Source: Leptolyngbyaceae cyanobacterium (lineage in GTDB: Bacteria > Cyanobacteriota > Cyanobacteriia > Phormidesmidales > Phormidesmidaceae). From it: a stretch of DNA of 64,000 bases. The stretch lies in assembly GCA_965263355.1 (NCBI GenBank), contig CBDHHL010000032.1:3008001-3072000 (forward strand), in the 5' to 3' direction. The position numbers were made by a program, and so were the translations under genes. The notes beneath the pieces are model-generated. The model was not told the origin of the DNA. It worked only from the letters and a program-made list of their open reading frames with translations, and ran no database searches. Of this stretch, positions 42,809 to 51,736 are shown piece after piece (positions within the stretch are counted from its first letter, which is position 1; every line of letters starts with the position of its first letter).

Positions 42809-43467
42809 AGTGAATACCGTAAAAAATTCAAAAACAAAAATTCTCTTAACAGGTAAGATGAAAGCCCGATTGCTAGCCCTGGTATTGCAGGACAACCAAA
42901 AGGATTGCCCTATTTTTGAGTCTTGGCTCTAGTCTTTCTTGGAATTGGAAAACCCTGATATGCCTAATGAAGAGAATGCAGATGCTTTCATCAGAAGGGG
43001 GCTCGATATCTGATAGCTAATTGGGCACACCTACTTGATTTGGTAGATGGGTAGATGCATGAAGAGTGTAATGGTGTTCGTTCTGGATGTGGTTGGTTTA
43101 AGCTCTCCAGACAGATTGTTTGGCGAGGTGATGCTGAGCCCTGTTCATGAGTTGACTGTAACAAGACCTATTTTTGGAATTCCTGTGGTGCCGTTACGCC
43201 TTTTGAAGTGGCATAGTAAAAGCTCTTGGGATGCGGTGTTGATTGCAGATTATTTGTCTGCTGCCGGTTGTTCTACCGCTGGTTTAAATGTCTGGAATGC
43301 TTGATGGTTTTTGGTTTGAACGAGGTTTGTAGAAAACTACAAGGGTCTGTGTTGTTATCTTGAATCTGTGATTTGGGTTGAAATTGTCACAGGGGCGTGG
43401 GTTTTGGAGTGTTGGGTTGGTGAAGGGTGGGATTTTGGGCCAGGATTTTGGTGGGGGGTAACCCAAT

Positions 43468-43680
43468 TTACCGGGGGATGTTGTTGGATTGTTGGGCGAT
43501 AAAATCGCGGATGGTATCCCAAATGGCGGCGGGGCCGATGCCGAAGAAAATCTGTAGCCCTAGCAAAATTAGGGCAGCTAAAAAAGCTGTTTTGAGGGTG
43601 GCTTTGACCACTTTGAGCAACCAGGTGAAAACCAGGATTGAAATAGCGATCGCACCAACCACCACCACAATGTCTGCCAT
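43468..43680 (-). CDS. Small two-TM hypothetical protein downstream of dxr
   Basis: MADIVVVVGAIAISILVFTWLLKVVKATLKTAF...FGIGP..IW, with an AAGGAAG RBS. Confidence 0.7.
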   Translation of the reverse strand: MADIVVVVGAIAISILVFTWLLKVVKATLKTAFLAALILLGLQIFFGIGPAAIWDTIRDFIAQQSNNIPR

Positions 43681-43718
43681 GGACCACGCTTCCTTTTAAC
43701 AATTGGACCAATTCTAAC

Positions 43719-44915
43719 CTATGAGCCCAGGGCTACCACCTGACGTTCAGTCAGGGTATCGCTGACTGCAATGACTTCCTGACGCGCCCATTGGTCGGCA
43801 TCAAGGATGTCCTGGAGGGATGGGGTGGCAGTGAGGTGGTCGCGGTTGCGATCGCACACCTTCTCAATCACCTTAGGAATATCCAGATAGTGAATTTTCT
43901 CATCCAGGAATAGGGCCACCGCCTGCTCATTGGCTGCATTCAGGACAGCCGTCATGGAGCCCCCAGCTCGACCGGCCTCATAGGCCAGGTTAATGCAAGG
44001 ATACTTGGCATGGTCTGGCTGCTTAAATGTCAGTGTGGCTAATTGGGCTAGATCCAGGGGTTTCCAATCAGTAAAAATACGCTCAGGCCAGGAGATGGCA
44101 TAGAGCAATGGCAGCCGCATATCGGGCCAGCCTAGCTGTGCCAGCATGGATGTATCCTGAGTTTCAATTAAGGAATGAATAATGCTCTGGGGATGGATCA
44201 GCGTGTCGATATGGTCGTAATCCATCCCAAATAGATAATGGGCTTCAATGACCTCTAGGCCCTTATTCATCATCGTGGCTGAGTCCACCGTAATCTTACG
44301 GCCCATAGACCAGTTGGGATGCTTGATGGCATCGGCAACGGTGACATCCTTGAGCTTTTCGACTGGCCAATCGCGGAAGGCACCGCCAGATGCGGTCAGA
44401 ATAATGCGGCGTAGCCCTCCCTTGGGTAGGCCCTGCATACATTGGAAAATAGCAGAGTGCTCTGAGTCAGCGGGTAAGAGCTTGACCCCATGCTTTTCTA
44501 TCAAAGGTAAAACCACTGGGCCACCAGCAATTAAGGTTTCCTTGTTGGCCAGGGCAATATCTTTGCCAGCTTCAATGGCGGCAATAGTTGGCAACAAACC
44601 GGCACAGCCTACAATACCGGTGACGACTGCGTCAGCATCTCCATAGCGGGCCACTTCCACAATGCCGTCTGCACCTGCCAGAACTTGGGGTTGCGGCTCG
44701 ACATCAGCAATGGCTGCTTTCAGGTCTGCTAGTTTGCTTTCATCGTGGATAGCGACGATTTCTGGCTTAAATTGACGGACTTGCTCAGCTAGCAGCGTCA
44801 CATTGCGACCTGCCGCAATCCCAACTAAGCGAAATTTATCAGGATGATGTTCAACAATATCAAGGGTTTGGGTGCCGATGGAGCCAGTTGAACCAAGCAG
44901 AGTGATTGCCTTCAC
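43719..44915 (-). CDS. dxr: 1-deoxy-D-xylulose-5-phosphate reductoisomerase
   Basis: [41 protein letters not shown] and NKGLE motifs. Confidence 0.97.
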   Translation of the reverse strand: MKAITLLGSTGSIGTQTLDIVEHHPDKFRLVGIAAGRNVTLLAEQVRQFKPEIVAIHDESKLADLKAAIADVEPQPQVLAGADGIVEVARYGDADAVVTGIVGCAGLLPTIAAIEAGKDIALANKETLIAGGPVVLPLIEKHGVKLLPADSEHSAIFQCMQGLPKGGLRRIILTASGGAFRDWPVEKLKDVTVADAIKHPNWSMGRKITVDSATMMNKGLEVIEAHYLFGMDYDHIDTLIHPQSIIHSLIETQDTSMLAQLGWPDMRLPLLYAISWPERIFTDWKPLDLAQLATLTFKQPDHAKYPCINLAYEAGRAGGSMTAVLNAANEQAVALFLDEKIHYLDIPKVIEKVCDRNRDHLTATPSLQDILDADQWARQEVIAVSDTLTERQVVALGS

Positions 44916-45118
44916 GGGAATTGCCTATTGCTAACGGTTTACAGCTGGCCGTTCTGGCCCGCCCTATATCAACTATAGATTCTTAACGTCTTTTCACAAA
45001 ATGTTAGGGGGACAACGCAGTTCGCCGCCTATTTCCCATTTCCCATTGTCCAAACTTCTCGCCCGCTTTTCAGAATCAAGACCATAATGAATCAAGGAGA
45101 CTGCTAAATACATTCCCT

Positions 45119-45448
45119 ATGGAAGCTTTTTCACCAATCCCACCACAGTGGGTTGAGTCTGCAACCCATGCGTTGACGTTTTGCTGTCCGAGCTGTGGTG
45201 CTGCCGCTGCGGTGGCCACCGATGTTTGGATTAATCGTCGTGCTCCGGTATATACCCACAACCATAAGCGGAAGTGGCAGGAGTTTTATAAGTGTGGTGA
45301 ATGTGAGACGGTCTGGTGGGCGTGGAGTAGCGATCGCCCGCCCAATCCCTGGCAGACCGATCCACCAGAGGGTTCATCGCCAAGTGTAGATCCGAGCTTC
45401 GATCCATTGACTGGATTGGGGGATAGTTGGGGGAGTTTTGAGCCTTAA
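45119..45448 (+). CDS. Zn-ribbon-like conserved hypothetical protein
   Basis: CPSC...VWINRRAPV...KWQEFYKC.EC...WWAWSSDRPP. Confidence 0.7.
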   Translation: MEAFSPIPPQWVESATHALTFCCPSCGAAAAVATDVWINRRAPVYTHNHKRKWQEFYKCGECETVWWAWSSDRPPNPWQTDPPEGSSPSVDPSFDPLTGLGDSWGSFEP

Positions 45449-45481
45449 AATCAAAATTGCTTCAATTATTCTGTCAATCCC

Positions 45482-46420
45482 ATGCCCATTATTGTTTTTG
45501 GCAGTCTAAATATGGACCTGGTGGCCCAGGTGCCGCAGTTACCCCAGCCAGGACAAACGTTACTGGGGTCAAGATTTGTCACGGTGCCAGGGGGGAAAGG
45601 GGCTAACCAGGCTGTCGCTGCGGCCCGATTGGATGCCCCCACGATGATGGTGGGCCGGGTGGGGGATGATGCGTTTGGGACGGCCCTGTGTAAAAGTTTA
45701 CAGGCGTCAAATGTATCGACGGAGGGTGTTCTGGCCGCTGATGGACCGTCGGGGGTGGCGCTGATTAACGTGGATGAGACGGGTGAAAACCAGATTGTGG
45801 TGGTGCCTGGGGCGAATGGCAAAGTGGATGTATCGGATGTGGACCGTTTGCCACTGGTGGCTGAATCCTCGATTTTGCTGATGCAATTTGAGATTCCACT
45901 GATGGCAGTGCAGACAGCGGCGGAACGGGCGGTTGCCCATGGTGCTAATCATACGGTGATTGTGGATCCGGCACCGGCCCGCACAGAGTTACCGATGGGT
46001 TTTTATGGCCTGGTGGATATTTTGACGCCGAATCAAATTGAGGCGTCGCAGTTGACAGGGATAAAAGTAAAAAGCATCCCTACGGCGATGGCGGCGGCCC
46101 AGGTGTTGCGACAGCGCGGGACATCGACTGTGATCGTAAAACTGGGCAGTCAAGGAGCTGTGGTGGCTTCAGAATCAGCGGTTTTTCATCTGCCTGCATT
46201 TATGGTCCAAGCGGTGGATACGGTGGCCGCTGGGGATGCCTTTAATGGTGGTTTGGCAGTTGCTCTGTCAGAAGGAAAATCATTACGGTCAGCGGTGGAA
46301 TGGGCCAGTGCTGTGGCAGCACTCTCGGTGATGAAGACGGGAGCGCAGTCGTCGATGCCGACTAGAGAGCAGGTGGAGGACTTTTTACTCAGCTATCCGC
46401 CCGGTCGTTTACAGGCCTGA
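45482..46420 (+). CDS. rbsK: Ribokinase (PfkB family)
   Basis: GSLNMD, GGKGANQAVAAARL, GENQIVV, PNQIE and DTVAAGDAFNG motifs. Confidence 0.9.
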   Translation: MPIIVFGSLNMDLVAQVPQLPQPGQTLLGSRFVTVPGGKGANQAVAAARLDAPTMMVGRVGDDAFGTALCKSLQASNVSTEGVLAADGPSGVALINVDETGENQIVVVPGANGKVDVSDVDRLPLVAESSILLMQFEIPLMAVQTAAERAVAHGANHTVIVDPAPARTELPMGFYGLVDILTPNQIEASQLTGIKVKSIPTAMAAAQVLRQRGTSTVIVKLGSQGAVVASESAVFHLPAFMVQAVDTVAAGDAFNGGLAVALSEGKSLRSAVEWASAVAALSVMKTGAQSSMPTREQVEDFLLSYPPGRLQA

Positions 46421-46534
46421 TACTCTAGACTGAGTTAATAATGTTTGTTCAACCGCGTCTAAACTGTGGGTTCTTCTACGGAAAAATTTCAGGTCTGGAC
46501 GGGGAAAAGGTCTACTAAGCTTCCCTGCGATTCA

Positions 46535-48103
46535 ATGCCTGCCAATCAACCGGATGTCATTTTTTTGGTGCTCGATACGCAGCGTGTGGATCGCCTGTCG
46601 TGCTACGGCTATGAGAAACCTACATCGCCTAATATCGATGCCTTTGCTGAGGTAGCGACGCGGTTTAAGGTTGCGATCGCACCCGGTCAATGGACAATTC
46701 CGTCCCACGCCTCCATGTTCACTGGACTGTACCCCTCCCAGCACCAGATGCAGCAGTCCTACTCAGTCATGCCTCCCCATCTCAAAACCCTGGCAGAACG
46801 GCTGCAGGACGGTGGTTACTACACCGCCGCGTTTTGCAACAACCCCTTGGTGGGTGTTATCAACAACGGTTTGCGACGCGGTTTCTATAGCTTCCTCAAC
46901 TACAGTGGCTTACTTAGCTCCAGGCCCAACCAGGCCGGAAACCACTCCAGCTTTTTAGACAAATATCGTCAGTTTTTTAAGCGAAATCTTGCCAGGGCGC
47001 TCAACAAAATACAAGATGCCTTTGCCCGCTCTGATTGGTTATTGTCATTGTCATTTACGCCGTTGATGGTGCCCTTGTGGCAAACGGCCCTGAGCTTTAA
47101 AGGGAATACCCGTAAGTCTTTAGACGATGCTGCCAAACTGTTGATTGAGCGTGACAAAGTAGAGCCAGATCAGCCTGTCTTTACCTTTATCAATTTAATG
47201 GGCACTCACATGCCCTACCATCCACCCCGCGAGTACATCGAAAAATTTGCCCCCAATGTACTAAAAAATCGAGATGCTCAAACCTATTTGCGCCGTTTTA
47301 ATAGTGATGTGTACGGTTGGCTAGCGCCTCTAATGGGAGCCTTAGGAGAGCAGCAAAAAGACATCCTGGATAGTATGTATGATGCAGAGGTAGCTGCCCA
47401 AGATGCCCAGGTGGGTAGATTTTTTGAGCAACTACAACGGTCTGGGCGTTTAGAGAATACCTATGTTGTGGTCTGTGCAGATCATGGTGAGCATTTAGGA
47501 GAGAAGCAATTAATTGGTCACTCTCTTTCTATTTATAATGAACTGGTGCAGGTCCCATTAATTATCCATGATCCCACCGATACGATTCAGCGAGAGACCG
47601 TGCGTGAGGATGTGGTGTCTACCCGCTGTTTATTCCAGACTGTTCTGTCTGCTGCCAGCCTCGCTACGCCAGAAGAAGCCAAGCTGAGTTTAGAACATCC
47701 AGCAGCGTTGGCGAGTGTTGAAGAGATTGAGCCTGAACGCTATGTGTATGCAGAGGCGATTACGCCACAAAATGTGTTGAACCTGATCCAAAAACGTCAG
47801 CCAGAACTGGTTTCCCAACATGCTTGTGATCAGGCTAGACGGGCTGTTTGGGTAGGGCATCATAAGTTGATTGAAACCGATGATAACCCCCCAGAACTCT
47901 ATGATGTTCAGGAGGATCCGAGTGAGAGTTTAGATCTGAGTGAAATTTTTCCAGAGATGGTGGAATCTTTGCAAGATTCTCTCTCTATTTTTAGTCAAGA
48001 TGCTGATAAACATCGGGCGTTATATTCCCAAGCCCGTGCCACTGGATTTGACGATCCAGAGGTGCGCCAGCGGCTTAAAGACCTTGGATATTTAGAAGAG
48101 TAA
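46535..48103 (+). CDS. Sulfatase-like alkaline-phosphatase-superfamily hydrolase/transferase
   Basis: VLDTQR.D..SCYGY, WTIPSHASMFTG (Thr at the nucleophile position), HMPY, ADHGE and C-terminal RLKDLGY. Confidence 0.85.
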   Translation: MPANQPDVIFLVLDTQRVDRLSCYGYEKPTSPNIDAFAEVATRFKVAIAPGQWTIPSHASMFTGLYPSQHQMQQSYSVMPPHLKTLAERLQDGGYYTAAFCNNPLVGVINNGLRRGFYSFLNYSGLLSSRPNQAGNHSSFLDKYRQFFKRNLARALNKIQDAFARSDWLLSLSFTPLMVPLWQTALSFKGNTRKSLDDAAKLLIERDKVEPDQPVFTFINLMGTHMPYHPPREYIEKFAPNVLKNRDAQTYLRRFNSDVYGWLAPLMGALGEQQKDILDSMYDAEVAAQDAQVGRFFEQLQRSGRLENTYVVVCADHGEHLGEKQLIGHSLSIYNELVQVPLIIHDPTDTIQRETVREDVVSTRCLFQTVLSAASLATPEEAKLSLEHPAALASVEEIEPERYVYAEAITPQNVLNLIQKRQPELVSQHACDQARRAVWVGHHKLIETDDNPPELYDVQEDPSESLDLSEIFPEMVESLQDSLSIFSQDADKHRALYSQARATGFDDPEVRQRLKDLGYLEE

Positions 48104-48105
48104 AC

Positions 48106-48933
48106 ATGTATCCTCCCGTAGATCCGACGATTTTTGAAATTGGTCCCTTTGCCCTGCGTTGGTATGGCTTACTTATGGCCACCGCTGTGCTAACCGGTTC
48201 CTGGTTTGCTAGTAAGGAAATTGAACGACGTGGTAAGAACCCCGACGATTTTTGGGATATGCTGATCTGGGTGTTGATCCCAGCGTTTATTGGGGCGCGT
48301 CTTTACTATGTCTTTGTACAGTCTAGTGATAAGGCGTTTTATCTGCAAAACCCTGGTCAGATTTTACAAATCTGGGGTGGAGGCATTCATATTTTTGGTG
48401 CATTTATTTTTGGAGGTATTGCCCTCTGGCTATTCACTAAATTTCGTCGCCTACCTACATTGATGTATCTGGATGCTGCTGCGGTGGGGTTGCCCATAGC
48501 CCAAGCTATTGGCCGTTGGGGTAACTTTATTAATCAAGAACTTTACGGCCCGCCTACGGATTGGCCCTTTGGTTTACGGATTGATTCACAACACCGTTTA
48601 CCTCCTTACAATGATTTAGTCGCTTACCCTGAGGCCACCCGATTTCATGCATTGTTTTTGTATGAGTCTGTGTGGAACTTGTTGGGGTTTTTGGTGCTGT
48701 ATTGGGTGTCTAAGCGATTTGGTAGACGGCTGCGACCTGGGGATTTGTCGCTGTTGTATTTGGTATGGTATCCGTTTGGGCGTTTCTTTATTGAGTTTTT
48801 GAGAACGGATTCCTGGTTCTTTCCTGGAACGCCGTTTAATGTGGTGCATATTCTGTCGCTGGTGGCGGTTGTTGGTGCAGGGGCGACGTTGATATTGCGG
48901 CGACGGTTGGGGAAGACGGTGAATAATTATTGA
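48106..48933 (+). CDS. lgt: Prolipoprotein diacylglyceryl transferase (atypical)
   Basis: RWYG, GARLYYV, QAIGRWGNFINQELYG signature, H..FLYE and RFFIEFLR motifs. Confidence 0.9.
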   Translation: MYPPVDPTIFEIGPFALRWYGLLMATAVLTGSWFASKEIERRGKNPDDFWDMLIWVLIPAFIGARLYYVFVQSSDKAFYLQNPGQILQIWGGGIHIFGAFIFGGIALWLFTKFRRLPTLMYLDAAAVGLPIAQAIGRWGNFINQELYGPPTDWPFGLRIDSQHRLPPYNDLVAYPEATRFHALFLYESVWNLLGFLVLYWVSKRFGRRLRPGDLSLLYLVWYPFGRFFIEFLRTDSWFFPGTPFNVVHILSLVAVVGAGATLILRRRLGKTVNNY

Positions 48934-49027
48934 TTTTTGGTTTGTAATTATTGGGGGATGGGGGTTGGTAGGTTGTCGATGAATCTTTTGTGTTTTCTGT
49001 GATTCTTCTTTCTTGGCTATTTGCTAT

Positions 49028-50419
49028 ATGGCTTGCTCTCCTCGTTTGATTATTATTGGCCTGGATTGTATGGAGCCTTCTCTTGTTTTTGATCAATGGC
49101 GTGATGATTTGCCAAATCTGGCTCGATTAATGTCTCAGGGGAGCTTTGGTCGTTTGGAGAGTTCCATTCCGGCTATTACGGTGCCTGCTTGGAGCTGTAT
49201 GATGACTGGGCGTGATCCAGGAGAATTGGGCATCTATGGATTTCGTAATCGGGCGACGCGGGCATATCAGAATATGACCATCGCTGATGGTCGAGCTGTT
49301 CGCTTCCCTAGACTGTGGGATTATCTTGGTGAAGCGGGCTGGACGGTTGCCGCTCTGAGTGTGCCGGGAACCTCACCGCCCTATGGAGTTAATGGTTCGA
49401 TGGTGTCTTGTTTTTTGACGCCCAGCCCTCAGGTGACCTTTACCCATCCGCCAGAACTGGGGGACCAGATTCTTGCCTGGATGCCCGATTTTATGATGGA
49501 TGTGCCTGAATTTCGGTCAGAAGATAAGGCGGAGATTCTGGCGAATATCTACAAGCTATGCGATCAGCGTTTTACCTTGGCCGAGAGGCTGATTGCCCAG
49601 GAGCAGCCAGACTTTTTGATGCTGGTCGATATGGGAGTGGATCGGATTCACCATGCGTTTTGGAAGCCGATGGATCCACGCCATCCAGATTATCAGCCGG
49701 ATATGTCCTTTGCGACGGCGATCCATGATTATTACTGTCATGTGGATGAGCGGGTGGGGCAGCTGCTGACCCAGTGTGATGATGAGACTGCAGTGTTAGT
49801 GGTGTCGGACCATGGAGCGCAGCCACTGATGGGGGGAATTTGTATCAATGAATGGCTGATTGATCAAGGATATCTCACGCTGAAAGAGACACCGAGCGGA
49901 CCGACTGCTCTAGATAAGGTTGAGGTGGATTGGGAAAAGACTAAAGTCTGGGGCGCGGGTGGGTACTATGCGAGAATCTTTTTAAATGTGCAGGGGAGAG
50001 AACCTCAAGGTACGATTCCGCTACGGGAATTTAAGGCCTTTCGTGAGCAACTGATTGCTGAATTGGAGGCGATTACGTTACCGGATGGGGCGGAGATGGA
50101 GGTGAAGGCCTATATACCTCAAGAGACTTATCAGAAGGTGCGGGGCATGGCTCCGGATTTGTTGGTGTATTTCGATGGGTTGGCATGGCGTTCGGTGGGC
50201 AGCGTCGGAACAGGGGAGCTGTATGCGAAAGGGAATGATACCGGCCCAGATGATGCGAACCATGCCCAGTATGGTTTGGTGATTTTCCATGACCCGCAGG
50301 AGCCTAAGGGGGGGCAAGTGTTGGAGACTGCTCAGCTATATGACATTTTGCCGACGATGCTCGATAGATATGGCGTAGAGGCTCCCCATGATCTCAGAGG
50401 TAAGGTTTTATCGATCTAA
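49028..50419 (+). CDS. Type I phosphodiesterase / nucleotide pyrophosphatase family protein
   Basis: IIGLD, PAITVPAW...MTG..PG, DRIHH, SDHG and NHAQYG motifs. Confidence 0.85.
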   Translation: MACSPRLIIIGLDCMEPSLVFDQWRDDLPNLARLMSQGSFGRLESSIPAITVPAWSCMMTGRDPGELGIYGFRNRATRAYQNMTIADGRAVRFPRLWDYLGEAGWTVAALSVPGTSPPYGVNGSMVSCFLTPSPQVTFTHPPELGDQILAWMPDFMMDVPEFRSEDKAEILANIYKLCDQRFTLAERLIAQEQPDFLMLVDMGVDRIHHAFWKPMDPRHPDYQPDMSFATAIHDYYCHVDERVGQLLTQCDDETAVLVVSDHGAQPLMGGICINEWLIDQGYLTLKETPSGPTALDKVEVDWEKTKVWGAGGYYARIFLNVQGREPQGTIPLREFKAFREQLIAELEAITLPDGAEMEVKAYIPQETYQKVRGMAPDLLVYFDGLAWRSVGSVGTGELYAKGNDTGPDDANHAQYGLVIFHDPQEPKGGQVLETAQLYDILPTMLDRYGVEAPHDLRGKVLSI

Positions 50420-50588
50420 GAGAGAGATTGAACTAACTTACCGACTGGATTCACCCGGTGTAAATTTTGGGCTGACTGGGAATAATTATATCGCTTTACT
50501 GCTAACGGCTGGTGAAGGTACCAAAAAGACCATGGTTGATTTGACAGGCATGACAACGATTCAATTCCGTAAGGCATCATAGGATAAT

Positions 50589-51308
50589 ATGTGTGAAAAT
50601 GTTGGTTGGCTAATTGTTCTGAGCAGTCTGTTGGCTAGTTGTATTAGCCTGTCTAATTCCCAGGGCTCTCCAGATACACTACAGCTGGTGGAGGAACAGA
50701 CAACAGTTGTAGAACAGTCAGAAAAGTCAGTGCTGGTCGGTGAGAAAGATGCCTTACAGGGAAGTCTGTCTTCGGTGTCCCAAGGGAAAAATGATGATGG
50801 GGTAGTGGATCCAGACGTGGCGGCTTTGAGAGAAGAGGCGTTGGAGAGTGCGATCGCAGACGGCAATATCACCCCATTAACCACCAATTGTCGTATGGGT
50901 ATCTGTGTGGAGTCTTACTACACCTTTACAACCCTAATGCGTCAGGTGGGTAGCGAACTGCTTTATTCTACAGAACTGGTTACATTCCAGGTCAAGATGG
51001 ATGCCTCGGAACCTGGCCGATGGAGCTTTCAACCGGCTGAAACCCTGGTCTTATGCTCAACTCAACGCCCCTTGGTGATTTACTCGGAAAATGATCAATA
51101 CAGGCTAGATCATATTAGTCCAGGTAATTATCCGCCTGGATTTGGGCTAGAGTCCCATGGCCTTTACTGGGCGATTTGCCATAACGTTGAAACCGTGCTT
51201 GAGCTATCTGCTCAGGCTATGGCGGAAAAGGCTTCTCAATTGGGCTATGACCCAACATTAGAAGCAGGGCAAACAACCACTCCCTTTTTGGAGTTATTTG
51301 AGGAGTAA
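50589..51308 (+). CDS. Putative lipoprotein, hypothetical
   Basis: Hydrophobic N-terminus with lipobox LASC; paired cysteines downstream. Confidence 0.6.
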   Translation: MCENVGWLIVLSSLLASCISLSNSQGSPDTLQLVEEQTTVVEQSEKSVLVGEKDALQGSLSSVSQGKNDDGVVDPDVAALREEALESAIADGNITPLTTNCRMGICVESYYTFTTLMRQVGSELLYSTELVTFQVKMDASEPGRWSFQPAETLVLCSTQRPLVIYSENDQYRLDHISPGNYPPGFGLESHGLYWAICHNVETVLELSAQAMAEKASQLGYDPTLEAGQTTTPFLELFEE

Positions 51309-51736
51309 GGAGTCTGTGTGGTCACATATTATCTATCTAAGAGTCTGGAATATTGACTAATCTATATGCTAGCCTCACAAAACCTGGGAAGTAGTAACGG
51401 CATCAGTAGACTCTTACAGGTGTAAGAGAAAGACAACTGAAGAGTTCAACCTGGGTATGGTTTTAGCATTCAGCAGATGCCACACCTAAAGCACTAGTAT
51501 TATTTCTTACCCCTTGTTGTCGGTTTCTACTGTGATTGACAGCTAGCTATCTTGAAAATTTCCATAATTTACCCAATATGAACCTGCCATATCGACAGAA
51601 CGCACTATGGTCAACCGATTTGGGTTGATTTATCCTTTTTAGGAGAAGAGTGTCACGTTGTGCCTATACTGAGGCTATCGGGATAATCAGTCCTAATTCG
51701 TCTGTTAGGCGTTATTTTGTCCGTTGCTATGAGTTA

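Noticed and set aside
43047..43711. Overlapping short ORFs between the SLH gene and dxr
   Set aside because: Only 43468-43680 has an RBS and plausible TM protein features. The others look like chance frames.
50388..50582. 64-aa ORF vaguely resembling a toxin remnant
   Set aside because: It overlaps the upstream gene end and has no convincing motif.
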